From contig NC_043004.1 in NCBI RefSeq assembly GCF_006345805.1, positions 46,190,001 through 46,254,000 of the forward strand: a stretch of 64,000 bases of DNA, in the 5' to 3' direction. This document shows positions 50,521-64,000 of this stretch, piece by piece. The notes beneath the pieces are model-generated. The model ran no database searches. It was not told the DNA's origin and saw only the letters and a program-made list of their open reading frames with translations. The DNA is from Octopus sinensis (Eukaryota). Within the stretch, counting starts at the first letter, position 1; every line of letters begins with the position of its first letter. Both the position numbers and the translations under genes were made by a program.

Positions 50521-50951
50521 ATTTCATTGCTTATCTGAGGGAATTGTCGCCTAGACCGGTTATTACAATTGTGTTTAAGCACAATACTCTGTTTCTAATC
50601 TGCAGGAAAGTGAGAGATAGATAAACTCTTGAATAGCATCACAGATTTTTCTGATATATCTTTTATAAACTTTAGTAGAACAAATAATTTCAATTTCATT
50701 ACCGTATGTGCACAAAGACAAACTACTTGAACAATAACACGTTCTAAGCTCAGCTGTTTTTTGGCACTTTGTAACACTTATGATTGAAAATACATAATCT
50801 TGAAATTAAGTAACATAAACGGAAGACTGAGAGCTAGTGAGAGAATCTCTAAACTAAAACATTTTTTCTTGAGGAAGTGAAATGAAGAACACGGGTGAGG
50901 GTGTTATCAGCAAGGTAGTTTAAATATAAATGACACCTTATAAAAGTATCA

Positions 50952-51016
<65 letters not shown>

Positions 51017-51023
51017 GTTGTTA

Positions 51024-51878
51024 TCTTTTTTTCTTCTTTCAAATTTGCTTCCATTTCTTGCCGAGTGTCTTCCCGACTCCTAGGGCAAAGAAACTCATAG
51101 TATACATTGGTAGGCCATTAAACTAAACTCACTAGTTCGTTCATTTTTTTTTAAAGTTAAATTAAAATACATGGGTAGTAATAGTTGTCACATCGACAAT
51201 GCTCTTCTCAATACGTGTGATGTACCAGTTGAGACAATATTTTGCACTTCTTGCAGGGATGGTAAACCAGGGATAATTCTCATATAATTTTCGGTACCCT
51301 TCTTAATCATTCCTAGCGATCCTACGATCACTGGTATTGTAACCGCCTTGAGATGCCACATTTTCTCAATTTCAATGAGCAGGTCTTTATATTTTCTGAG
51401 CTTGTCAAACTCTTTCGCCGAGATATTATGATCACAGGGGATGCTCATGTCGATCAATAAGCAAACTTTATTGTTTTGGTTTTTCACAACAATATCCGGT
51501 TTATTGGCTTTGATGGTTCGGTATGTATGTACTGGAAAGTCCCACAAAATCGTTACATTTTCTCCTTCAGGTACAGCTTCAGGGTGGTGATTATACCACT
51601 TGGCAGTTTTGATATTGTAATGCCGACTTATTAGCCAGTGTAGATATTGGCCAACTCTGTCATGTCTTAATTTATACTCCACTGGTGCTAAGACTTTACA
51701 TCCAGAGATTAGGTGGTCCACTGTTTCAATCATGTTGCAGAATCGGCATTTTGTGTCTGCTCCATTTTTCATCACATTGGCCTGGTAGTTCCGGGTTAAT
51801 AGGCTTTGATCTTCAGCAGCCAGGATGAAACCTTCGCTCTCTGCTTTTAGCCCTGAGCTCCGTAGCCACTGATGGGTT
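51024..51878 (-). mobile_element. Young 5'-truncated R4/Dong copy: intact zinc knuckle, restriction-like endonuclease and 3' UTR
   Basis: Uninterrupted frame THQWLRSSGLKAESEGFILAAEDQ..CRFCNMIETVDHLISGC..RHDRV..KPDIVV..LIDMSIP..KEFDKLRKYKDL..PVIVGSLG..GTSHVLRRALSM*. Flanked by (ATT)n at 50950-51023 and (ATT/AGT/TTG)n at 51879-51990. Confidence 0.95.
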
Positions 51879-51887
51879 TTATTATTA

Positions 51888-51964
<77 letters not shown>

Positions 51965-52593
51965 TGTTGTTCTTGTTGTTGTTATTATTGATCTTGTAAA
52001 TTCAGTAGCACAACGCCAGTATTTCTCGTGGTATTGATATCTAGCCAACCCCGTGATTTTACGTAATCACTCCGACGGAGGTGGACCTACGTAATCCCTT
52101 TAACTATTTGAAATCGCCACTGAATTAACACCAAATATCGATTAACTGCCTTAAATAAATTGACGGACAAATTGAATAAGACATTGTTTGCCATACAAAT
52201 CGTCACAATGTTTACGCCTCGACGGCTTCGAATACAGATCCGTTCTCCCAAACCCGGCATGAAAATAAACAACAAAAACAGCCGATCCAGTTTGTTAATA
52301 ACAAAAATTAAGATATGCCTCATCGATACCGTTACGAAGGGATGATATGCTGTGTTTTATATTAAAATAAACTATGTTCTCAACTACCTCCCTGTCTATA
52401 TTCTGAACTGCCTTTTAATACTTCATTTAACAGCAATAAAATACTTCACTCTGTTTTATGCACTCAAATACCTTCTATTTATTTATCCATTTATTTTGCA
52501 AACCAGCAATGTGTAACTTTTGGAATAAAAATGTAAATTAAACACATTGGGGAAAAATATTTATTGTCAAAACAAAGTGAAGCAGATGTGTTT

Positions 52594-52613
52594 ACTACTA
52601 CTACTACTACTAC

Positions 52614-52654
<41 letters not shown>

Positions 52655-52720
52655 ATACTACTACTACTACTACTAATACTACCACTAATACTACTACTAC
52701 CACCACCACCACCACCACTG

Positions 52721-52769
<49 letters not shown>

Positions 52770-52775
52770 TACTAC
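52594..52775. repeat. (CTA)n/(CCA)n array
   Basis: Seen directly. Confidence 0.95.
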
Positions 52776-53050
52776 TGCTGCTGCTGCCACTCCTACTGCA
52801 CCTGCCACTACTAATATTCTTAAACATTTTCTAAAAAAAATACTATGTGAAAACCATATATGTGACACCCTTGGCATAACATGAACTTCTAACTTGTCTC
52901 TTGAGGTCTCTGGGTGAGATTAGGTGTCAACTTGTACAAATACAAAGCAAAAGTCTAGCACATAATAATAATAATAATAATAAATAATAATAATAATAAT
53001 GACAATAATAATAATAATAATAATACTAACAATGATAATAATAATAATAG

Positions 53051-53282
53051 TCTTTTCTACTAATGACACGAGGCATGGAATTCTGGAGTGAGGGACTAGT
53101 GGATTACATCGACCTCGAGAGGATGAAAAGCAAAGTAAAGACGGATGAAATGCCGTTAAGTATTTTGCCCGCCGTGCCTCCGATATTGCCAGCTCATCGC
53201 CTTGGTTTCAAAGTTTGGCACAAGACCAGCAATTTTGTAGGAGGAAGCAAGTCAACAACATAGATCTACCAGCTCTCCGCCT
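53051..53282 (-). mobile_element. Rearranged family B' SINE remnants inside an (AAT)n array
   Basis: Pieces gattacatcgacc..gaggatgaaaagcaaag..aaatgccgttaagtattttgccc..ccagctcatcgcctt and a second tail ggtttcaaagtttggcacaagaccagc. (TAA)n at 52964-53050 and 53283-53512. Confidence 0.7.
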
Positions 53283-53512
<230 letters not shown>

Positions 53513-53786
53513 ACCATGATATTACTACCTCTAGTCTTACTAGTACATTATTTTTATTATTTTTTTTTCTCCATAACTTTAAACGAAAATGCTAATATTT
53601 CTATCAAGTACCTAAGCATTATTGTAACGTGGGCCACACGCACACACATGTTCATTTGTATTCAGATATACATAAAATCAAGTGCATTTATACATATACA
53701 CAAATTAAATTTTGAAATCATGTCTGTACGACTCATGTATGTTTGTGTGTGTGTTTATATATATGATATATATGTATATTTATGTT

Positions 53787-54129
<343 letters not shown>

Positions 54130-56573
54130 TTCATATATGTGTCTATGTATTTCTTCGCCCGAACATGTAACATTTATGTGGACATATATGTAAATGTAGC
54201 AATATTTACAATAGAATACCAGAAAAATATTCCTGTGTTCCATTATATTTTTCTCTGTACGAATGTAAATGAGTTATTTTCTTGGCTATGTTTTTATTTA
54301 CTATTTGTTTTAGATTTACGTTACTGTTATTGTTGTTGTTTTTTTTTGCATCTATATTCCGTGTCTTTGCCAGATATTGGAGAACGTAAAATTCAATTAA
54401 AATACTTTGCTTAGATATTTGAAGAAATTTTTTCTTTCTTAAATATAATTCCCATTAAAATGTCCATTAGTGAATTCATGCTTTTAGGTTGTTTATGACA
54501 TTTTAAAAATTTATTGATACGAAACTAATTTTAGGAGCATTAACTTCAATAATAGAAAATAAAATTCATTTTCTTAAGTTATACATTCTCGCGAGAATAA
54601 TGTCATTAGTATAATTTTAAATATAAAAAAATAATTAATAAAATTGTAATGCTCTCTTGTAATATTCAATAAATTCGATATCACTTACCAATATATTTGC
54701 TTTTACCTTATTCCGTTTCATTACATTGCTACTATTTTATCCTGGTCAGTAGCTTTATGGAAGTCATGTTCATTTTACAGGGTATACGTATTTGCTTTTA
54801 TACTTGATTTATGTTGTTTCCTTCGTCTGTCTGTCAAACTTATCTACCACTGAATATCCAAGCTAAATTCAAACATATGTATTCAAGCATAAGTATTCCA
54901 AAAAGATAGGATTGATATTCAATACATGACACTAATCTGTCATTTTGAGGTTGGTTATAAGAGCATTCACAGATAAAGATGTAAGCAAATTCGATTTTCA
55001 ATATAATCCAATATAGAAAATACAAAAGGTGTAAAAAAAAGTTTCCTGATTTTCTGTGCGACAATATGTTTGATGTTTGATTTTTTATTGAAATATTTTC
55101 AACCAAAATGGCGCCTACAATTTTTCTTCTATACAAATATTACTATACTCAAGAGGGGAAAAAAGAGAACTTTACAATAAAGCTGATAACGGGTGACATA
55201 CGAATAGTAAGCAAACATATTAACAATAACATTTGACATACGTGTCAAGTACATTAAGGCAAGTTTAACGATTATGATACTTGCGATTTCCAAATTAAAG
55301 ACAGCTCAATTACATATATCTCTCCATTTCATTGAGAAAGTTATGAACATTACTAAAACTCATTTCTTCTATGAAGCCGAAACGTTAGATAAACCTATAC
55401 ATTAGAGTCTAAATTGAAATCCTCCAATATAGTTTGGGTAGAAATAGAAAAAAGAATATTTATATAATGATACAGAAAAAATAATATATTCTTTTCAAAC
55501 TACTCAAGGCACAATAGACACATTCTGTGTACGAGATATACATTATATTGCAGCAGATATATTATAAAAGAAATGGGTAATTATGACGTTCATGACAAGC
55601 CACTGGAATTTGAGGCATACATAGAGACAATCAAACATTAAATGAGAAAGAATCTACACGTGGATTTATTAAAACGGGTGCGTACATTTTATGTTTTCTG
55701 AACTGTTCATTGTTTAAAGTTTGTAATACATACAAAAGGCCTATAATGTTGAAGGAATATACATTGAGTTGTGTGTTGTGCATTCCTTCTAAAAGGGTAT
55801 TAGAAGGAAAGGACACAGAAAGGAAATGTATTCAGTTACACACTTGCAAGTTCAGGTGTCTCCGGAGAATAACTCTCCGGAAAAACGATATATTACACTT
55901 AGTTTTATAATAATTTTTCAACAGCGGTACATTAGCATGGCCGCAGCTCTGAGCTGAAATTTAACAAAAAAAAAATGTAACAGCTAATGAAGCCGCGCTG
56001 AGCTGACATAAAACCTGCTCTAATTCCATGAATAGATGTTTTGAATTCTTTCTCCGATTGAATCATCCGCTCATTGCCTCCTTCAACAACATAGAGTTGC
56101 AATCAAATGTTACACATAAAAAGGTTATATATTGTAATTAGATCGCAGTAAACACGAGCAAGAAAATAGAATTCTTACAGCTGCGAGAAGTGCTAGACAT
56201 AACAATCCCTAGCGATCTCTGCTAATCACACATCGGCGTATATTGCATCACAAAAATATCCCGTTTTCTGTGCATGCATCAACTTGTAACTTTTAAAGGT
56301 GAGCGTAAATATATAATAAATATACAACCTGATGTATGTATATGTATACAAACACGCACACACACAAACATACACATAACATACACACATATACATGGGA
56401 AGGGGAGTGCGCGTGTGTGTACACAGACAGATAGATAATTATGCTGTGTGATGGATTGATTGATCGATTGGCTGACTGATTGGTTGAGTGATTGATTGAT
56501 TGATTGATAAATAGAAGCACAATTGCATGCATTATTGTTTACATATGCACTCTCCTCGAATTACATATACACT

Positions 56574-56604
<31 letters not shown>

Positions 56605-57214
56605 ACACACACACATAGAGTATATCTAAGATGTCACAGGATAGAATCAAATCGATTCAGTGGAATCTGTAAAAGATGGTCGACGTAGAATACATATGAT
56701 GTGGAAGATGATGTTCATTAGACGGTAAGATAATCAAAGAATTCAAACGAGGGCGTTCAAGCGAAATATTTGCACACTAGTGTTGAACTAACTTTTGCTT
56801 TGACAACGGCCAACAAAATCGATATTTGTAGCTGTTACTACTGCTGCTGCTCTTAATACCAATACTGTTAATGTTGTTTTTACTACTGTTACTGCTGCTG
56901 CTGTTGCTACCGGTAGTACTAACGATGTACTATACATCTTCCTATGCATTTTTTTCTAAATGGTACTAGCAGTGGTTATACTGTTAGTTTTGCTGATATT
57001 GTTAATTTCACTTTTGATACTTGGGTTTAGCTTTCCTCTTAAATTGTCTTTATTGTTGCAACTTCAGTAACGTTCCCTAGTGGCGAGTAGTCTGGTTGTA
57101 CATTGTTGATAGCAATGGTGATAGCAATGGAATGTTGTGAATAACTATTGCTAATATGGGATAATTTCTAATACTATTGTTTGCACTATTTGCTTTTGTA
57201 ATTGTGTAATTCAG

Positions 57215-57441
57215 TACCTATTTTTTTATTTCCCACAAGGGGCTAAACATAGAGGGGACAAACAAGGACAGACAAACGGATTAAGTCGATTATATCGACC
57301 CCAGTACGTAACTGGTAATAATTTAATCGACCCCGAAAGGATGAAAGGCAAAGTCGACCTCGGCGGAATTTGAACTCAGAACATAACGGCAGACGAAATA
57401 CCGCTAAGCATTTTGCCCGGCGTGGTAACGTTTCTGCCCGC
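57215..57441 (-). mobile_element. Family B SINE monomer
   Basis: Colinear with 37187-37420 and with the units at 32718-33313. Confidence 0.92.
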
Positions 57442-58076
57442 TTTATTCTACAAATTAATTAATGTTAACTAGCAAAATAAACAGTATTGCTATCAAAAAG
57501 TAATATTTCTAAGCAATTTTAAAGTGAGTATTGTTTTAGAACATATAATACTGCGTCATTTACCATGAGATAACCTCTCATATGGACTTGTGACGCATAA
57601 AAGCGTTCGTGTTTAGAACGCTGTCTGGCGATAACTGTCCGCTACGAAACCATGTAATTTTGGTCTGCTTTGGCCTTTCAAAGACAAACGTCTGCGGTTA
57701 GACACAGTGCTCGGTTATCCTGCCAGCGATATATATACGAACTGATTGTCTATTCAGCCACAATTTCGCAAATAGCCAGTGTGCTTATTAAAAACAAAAA
57801 AGATTGATAGCGACAGAAGAAATATTGTTACCGTAAGGTAATATTTACAACCGTTTAAAAGTAGATATTGTGTCAGAATACTTCGATAGTTTCCATGAGA
57901 CAACATCTGAGAGTTAAATAACACAATATTCTGAGTCCTAACACAATCCCATTCCTAAGTGGGAGATAAATATTAACTGTTGTTATTACAAATGCTTTTG
58001 TTGTAATTAATGATTTTCTAATTAGCCCACAAGATATGTGTGACAACAATGTCGGAATAGACGCTGAGATTATATG

Positions 58077-58420
58077 TAGGAGTGACTGTGTGACAAGATT
58101 ACTTCCCAACCACTTGGTTCCGGGTTCAGTTCCACCGAATGACACTTTGGGCAAGTATGTTCTACTATTACATCTGGTCAATCAAAGATATGTGAGTGGA
58201 TTTGGTAGACGGAAACTGAAAGAAGCCTGTCGTTTATAGGTATACATAGGTACATATATATACCTTTGTGTGAGCTTATCTCTCACCACCACTTGACAAC
58301 CAGTGTTGGTGTGCTTACGACTCCGTAAGTTAGCCGTTCAACAAAACAGACCGATATAATATGTGTTAGGATTTTAAAAGCTAAGTCCTCGGGTCGATAT
58401 GCTCGTCTAATACCCTTCAA
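58077..58420 (+). mobile_element. Diverged family A SINE
   Basis: Head ggagtgactgtgtg..GGTTCAGTTCC, body, very short internal repeat, partial tail. Confidence 0.82.
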
Positions 58421-58436
58421 TAGCTGCTGTCAAATA

Positions 58437-58473
<37 letters not shown>

Positions 58474-59289
58474 TATCCAAACGTTAACGGATGAAGTAGA
58501 TAAAATCCGGGCTACATATGTCTTATAGCGAGCGGTACATCGAAAGTAGAAAATACCCAAGCGAAAATATCATCCAGCTGAAGGGTACCTTGGTAATATA
58601 CACTCCTTAGTTTTTAGGGTTTTTTTCCATTGCTACCATTCATCCTCTTCTCTAGATTTTAAGTTTTATTACTAATACTATCTCTTTAAGCATTTTTATT
58701 CTCATTGACCACAATCATCCCCCCTCTTTTTCCTTTCCTCCACACTCTCCTATTCAAATAATACTCCTTATTTCACTCTCTCTCTCTGATTTGGCTTAAA
58801 TGGCCCTATTGTAAACCATTTGTGAAACGAACCCGCTTAAATCCTTTACTTGTAAACTTACCCACTCCCTTATATATTTTCTCTTTTCTGTTTTTCTTTT
58901 CTCAAATTCCTAATTTCTCTTCCCAATTATATTCTCCACGCAAACTGTGCTTTCTCCGCATTCTCATCGAATTCTCCGTGTGTTAACATGGATCCCCTAA
59001 CGACAAAGTAAACTTTATATTGTCGAGAGGAGCCTGCTCCACTACTTATCATCTACTCCACTACTTAACTTTTGGATTTTTATTCCCATACCTGGTAAAC
59101 CTGGCTGTGAGCTATAAAATAATGTTTTTCAGCTTACCATACTTCGATTTTGGAAAAATTCACAACCTTCCGAACCAATATACGGGTATTGTACCTGAAA
59201 GTTGTGTTTTTTTTATATATTTTGTACGGACTGCATGAAACTCACGTTCTTCTTACAACACCTCGATCCCTGGATCTTACGTTTTCACA

Positions 59290-59336
<47 letters not shown>

Positions 59337-59399
59337 ACACATACATACACACACGCACACACGCACACACGCGCACCCCCCACATATATATATATATCC

Positions 59400-59575
59400 T
59401 TTTTTCTCTCCTTGTTTCTCTCTTTATTTTTTCTGTGTCTCTTTCTGTAGTAGAGCGTAGGCACGAAACATAAAAGACTTTTTCTATTCGTGAGCGTTAT
59501 ACTAATACATCTGTTTGTTTTGTACACCACCTGTCTTCGTCTTTTGTTTTTTCGTAAACTTTCCCTATATATATA
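59400..59575 (+). mobile_element. Solo PLE-like terminus, homologous to 10180-10345
   Basis: Shared ..gagcgt.a.actaatacatctg.ttgtt.t.tacaccacct.tct..gtct.ttgtttttt.. block after the hammerhead-like motif; ends in a short (TA)n. Confidence 0.65.
59440..59477 (+). ncRNA. Hammerhead-like motif (variant core, degenerate)
   Basis: TCTTT / CTGTAGTA / GAGC-GTAG-GCAC / GAA / ACAT / A / AAAGA. Confidence 0.45.
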
Positions 59576-60754
59576 CAGAGCGTGGTGAAGCATAAAAGAC
59601 AGTGATGAAATCGAAGGTATTGGAACCCAGAACATAAAGATTTGTAAGACATACCGTGTACTATTTCGTCAAATGCTCCAATGCATATGTCAGTCTACCT
59701 CTAGTTCATTGTTTTATATAATGCAGCACTTCACCCTCATATCAGTTGTTTTTTATTGGTTGTTTAAGACTACAAAAATTGCCGATTACTTAACATAGAA
59801 ATTACCACAAATTTACTCATCACGTAGCGTATATTCCAACACTTGGAAATAAACTGACGTTATTACTACTTATTCCCTAGTCTTCATACCAGTGTTACTA
59901 CTATTCGATGCAACAAATTCTGTTGTCAGAGTGAGTGACACTGTTACTGCCCACGCTTGTTCGGATTCATAAAGTAGAGATATTTGATAAGATTTTATGC
60001 TTCAAGAGCATGAAAATTCAGGACTTCAACGTCGGAAGACATCAGTTTCCAGCATTGCATAACATCCATATGCTGCATTTCAATTATTCTGCTTCATGGC
60101 CTTTGTTCTTCGATTTTGTGTCGTACTCAAATTGCATAGGATTTCACTGTTTTCATATAGTTTGAGTAATTTCTTCCATATGGCAATGTCGAAAGATTTT
60201 CTTCAAATGAAGTTTAAAATAGAGTCGTGTAGTAGAGTGGAGAAGAAATAGAAATAATCTAACTTAAATGTCTGGTTCAAATACACCATTACATAGAAAT
60301 CCATATCCTGAAAATATTACTGCTTTAATTTGACTGTATTTAGATTTCTTATCATCACATCAATAGTTCATTTCTATTAATGAATAACAAACGTACGATT
60401 ATAAGAGATGCATTTACAGTCATTAGAAAACAGATAGGTGAAATGCGGTATTCAGCCTATCACACTATAGTGAGTTGAAATATATATGAGGCCAATTTTG
60501 GCTTCATGTGTCTGCGTTCGATCGCTATTTTGCAAGCCCTGTTGTGCGGCCGATTCGTCTATTATTTTCAGTCTACCTGTCCCCCTTTCTAGAAGGGATC
60601 GTTTCTGTTCAGACCAGAAAATAATAGACAATAAAACTGAATATGTTACTTGTGTAGCAATATTGATATCCTCACTGTTTGGGAAAAACATTAGGAATGA
60701 ACTCGTTTGAGATTACAACCATCTTTGGCTAGTTTAGCCCAGTTGTGTCCACTG

Positions 60755-60830
60755 ATCTGATTGGTTAGCATCTAGCGCGGTCTGTCTCTCTACTTATTTC
60801 GCGCCAGTGTGTAAACTGACCAATCACGGC
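60755..60830. promoter_or_regulatory. Promoter-like cluster: two opposed CCAAT boxes flanking an E2F-like site
   Basis: CTGATTGGTT (ATTGG 60760-60764), TTTCGCGC (60797-60804) and GACCAATCAC (CCAAT 60820-60824) in locally CpG-rich non-repeat sequence. Confidence 0.4.
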
Positions 60831-62335
60831 TTTCGGATAGGATCTTTCAATTGAGCCATTTTCACTCCTGAAATAAGCTAATATTTTCACAATTCATCGA
60901 CTTTCGGCTTTAGACCTTCTAAGGTCCAGTCGGAGACCACACAGAGCTTACTCATCTATGTTCCAGTTCGAACGACAGACGACAGCCAGCCAACCATACT
61001 ATGAAGACGCTATTGCATACGAGCGACAGACAGAACGTCATCACCATCGTTGTCTACATCTCCGAAGATTTCAACTTGTACACAACAAGACAAATACACA
61101 GATTCAACTCACGCTGTTTGTGTAAAACTATCACCACGGAAAAACGGTTGCAGTATATATATCTGAAAGAACAAACTATATCAAGAAAAACCTGCACAAC
61201 AAGTGGCTCAACTAGTCTCCGCTTCGGGACCCAAATCTTGTTATAGAACTTGTTATCGTGTACCACATGAACTGGTAACTAACTCTATAATAACTCAATA
61301 TGCTGAGACTTCTCTTATGCTCTGTATTTCTGTTGTATTCGCATGCATCTTTATATGTACCTTCTGTCGCACACACGAACACACAGACACAAATACTATA
61401 CGCATGCATTCATACTACAACACTACGTTAGTAATCACAACTCACTTTGTACACTGTGAATAAAATCTATCTCTTTTCTCAAACAGTAGAACGGCTTGGC
61501 GTCCTTTATTCATTTACTTTGGTACTGCATCCATGTATTATGGCTGCTCTTATTATTCTGTTAGGATGCGATCGTGCGGCGTATTAGAGGAGACCTATGT
61601 CACCATCCTCCTTACGTACGGTCGTATAAATTCCTACACTTTTATGACCTAGAAAGTTTGCATTTACGAACTGAAAGTTAGCTACTTGAAATAATTCAGC
61701 GTGGTACATAGAATGTATTTGAAAAACAAAGATGAGTAAGGGAAATAGTAACATAGAATCCGACCTGTAGAAACTGTACTCTATTTCCCCTAGGCTTTCA
61801 CAGCACCACTACAGTGCTACAAACCGAACAAAGGTGCCTAGCATTCTTTGATATGAGATTCGAAATTCTAATCGTTGCTGCGTAGTCGAGGAAGACAGAG
61901 AAGCCTGCAGTATCTGATTGGGTTTGCTGTGATTTATATGGGTGATTGAATACTGAAATAGGAGTGCGAGTCAGTCGACTTGGAGAAAACAGATGTGAAC
62001 CGGTAGATAACTTTAGCAGTGAGAATATATGGAGGTGGACAGGTGAATACATATCTATGTTTTTATTTCCTTGCAATTACGCACTCTGTCAGCTCCCCAG
62101 CAAGACGTAAATTACGTCTATTGTTACCGTTGCTCATTTTCTATATTTTGTTCTGTCAGAATCTGTTTGTTAATATTGGTTTGTTATTGGATGTGTTGTT
62201 TAGCATATCGAGCATAACTATCGCCAAATGCATCCCAAATTTGACAATTCCGTTTTGTTAGACACCATGTGTCTAAGACTACATCAAGCGATGTGTTATT
62301 TTCACATTCTTTTCTCCTTTTCGTTTCTTTGCTAG

Positions 62336-62430
62336 AAGACGTTAGAGAGTCACATGAGGAAGATTTGGCTGTTAATTTTAGTCAGAAGAACAAGAGCATG
62401 TCGAAGTATAAATCGAGTGCACTTCTGTGA
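62336..62430 (+). CDS. Candidate terminal coding exon (DVRESHEEDLAVNFSQKNKSMSKYKSSALL*)
   Basis: Very strong pyrimidine tract ttcacattcttttctccttttcgtttctttgctAG. Phase-1 frame open to TGA; a phase-0 frame is also open. Confidence 0.25.
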
Positions 62431-62639
62431 TTAACAATTAATTATGTATCCCTACCGCAGAACACGGTGACCTACAATATTTCACACTGCCTACGTGTAG
62501 TTGAGAAATAGAAAAATTATAAGATTTGTTGCTGTTTTTTGGTAATCTTCGTAATGTTTTTAGTAACAATTGTTTCCATGATAAAGCCAGCGTAAATAGA
62601 CAGGCCAATTTCGTTGATATTTTCATTGACGCACATTCA

Positions 62640-63250
62640 TTAATGCCACTGTTGTTGTGTTTACTATCTTTGCTGCTAGTATTATTACTGTTGCTTTTGT
62701 CATTGATGTTACGGTTATTATAGATTTCGTTGCTGTTATTGTTGTCTCCGACGCTATTAAGAAAACTACAACTATTGGTGTTCATGCTGCAGAATTTGTA
62801 TTTATTGCTGTTCTTTTATGTTCATTTTTGTTTATTTACTGATTTTATTACTGTTTCTCATTCTACAGACCTCTTGTGACGTCGTCGTCGTCGTCGTCGT
62901 TGTCGTCAGAGTTGTAGTTGTTATAGTTGTTGCAATGTTTCTTATTGTTCTCTCTAATGCTGCTTCTATTGTCAATTCTTATTCTTACTGTTTATATTGT
63001 TGCAGTTAATGTTGTCAATGTTGTGCTGCTAGTGTTATCCACTCTCTTATATCTCATTGTTTCATTTACATCGACAACAGAAAACTATTGTTCTGATTGG
63101 CTCTGCTATTGATTTTTATGTTAATGTCACTTAAAAAAAAAATGCTGCCGTTTTTGTTAGTGTTTGTCTTGATTTTTGTTGCTACTCTTTTAGTTCCTGT
63201 CGTGCTTTGATGTTCTTTGGATTGCTGATACCATTTTGGCTGATACAGCT
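62640..63250. repeat. Cryptic degenerate (GTT/TGC/GTC)-type trinucleotide low-complexity tract
   Basis: Contains a (GTC)n run at about 62880-62905 and decayed TTG/TTA periodicity. Confidence 0.7.
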
Positions 63251-63419
63251 GCAAGAAGCTTACTTCAATTTACTTGTTATCCCTGACTTTCTTGACGCTA
63301 CTATAGCTGCTGTTGCGGGAATTGCAAAATATGCTAAAGATTAACTCTTTATAAACCACTATTCCTATTTTCTTGCTCACACACTGTATTCCTTTTTGAG
63401 ATTGGCACACATATATCTG

Positions 63420-63425
63420 TGTTTG

Positions 63426-63456
<31 letters not shown>

Positions 63457-63546
63457 ATTTACGTACGCATGTGTTCGTGTGTAGTTAGCATACACATATA
63501 TTTATCTCTAGCTCCCTCTCTCTCTCTCTCTGTATATGTATATATA

Positions 63547-63579
<33 letters not shown>

Positions 63580-63660
63580 CAATATATATATGTATGTGTG
63601 TGCATGTATTTATGTATATGTATATACGTGTATGGATATATATGTCTATATATTTATGAA
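63420..63660. repeat. (TG)n, (TC)n and (TA)n compound microsatellite
   Basis: Seen directly. Confidence 0.9.
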
Positions 63661-64000
63661 TACTTGTATACTCACATAAAACAGTTTTATTCGAAAGGAA
63701 ATTATAAATAGTGATCCAGGAGAATTTTCTAATGATGTCATAGTTCTGTTGAATATAATTTAGTATCTTGGTAGAAACACATAGAAATTCAGGAAATTCT
63801 AGCATAATAATTATAGTATTTTGGAAAAATATTCCTTCACTTCATATAAATGAAAATACTTGATGTCCATTTCTAATTCAAACATTCCCATACTTTCACA
63901 TTAACTGCTTGAATTGTCCCATTAGCGCAGGATTACACTGTTCATGCGGACTGCTTGGATGTATACCAGAGAGACATTTGGACACATTTCATGCTATATA

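Noticed and set aside
51879-52048. N-terminal part of the 286-aa ORF 51188..52048 as a chimeric gene
   Set aside because: The start is TTG rather than ATG, and the poly-T/poly-N stretch is just the trinucleotide array read in frame. Only 51188-51878 is element-derived.
55360-55390. CTATGAAGCCGAAACGTTAGA as a hammerhead
   Set aside because: Core mismatched and no room for stem II.
58862-58996. Minus-strand exon-like segment with a GTAAGT donor
   Set aside because: All frames contain stops.
59940-60260. Possible mariner catalytic remnant (KIEEQRP..QH) on the minus strand
   Set aside because: Similarity too weak and no TIRs found.
61001-61246. 81-aa ATG-initiated ORF downstream of the promoter-like cluster
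   Set aside because: No recognisable domain or splice context; other frames are similarly open; more likely UTR or non-coding.

Overview
AT-rich, repeat-dense eukaryotic DNA. The tRNA-derived SINE families, microsatellite load and retroelement mix look like an octopus (coleoid cephalopod) genome; this is inferred from pattern, not from a database hit. No complete host gene, rRNA, true tRNA or CRISPR array can be supported. The window is mostly mobile-element debris: at least seven pieces of R4/Dong-clade (RT + zinc knuckle + restriction-like endonuclease) retrotransposons, several in or against (TAA)n-type arrays; Penelope-like elements (PLEs) and their termini; one RTE-BovB-like 3' end; several SINE families, including a head-to-tail trimer; two mariner relics; a non-autonomous Helitron; and two copies of a TIR-bounded MITE carrying telomere-like (CCCTAA)n. 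The most interesting unannotated signals are five hammerhead-ribozyme-like motifs (one nearly intact, two sharing a variant core, one with a long stem II) and a CCAAT/E2F promoter-like cluster near 60.8 kb. Short exon-like segments occur on both strands, but such signals arise often by chance in AT-rich DNA and are given low confidence. Almost all ORFs in the supplied track are microsatellite read-through or transposon remnants.
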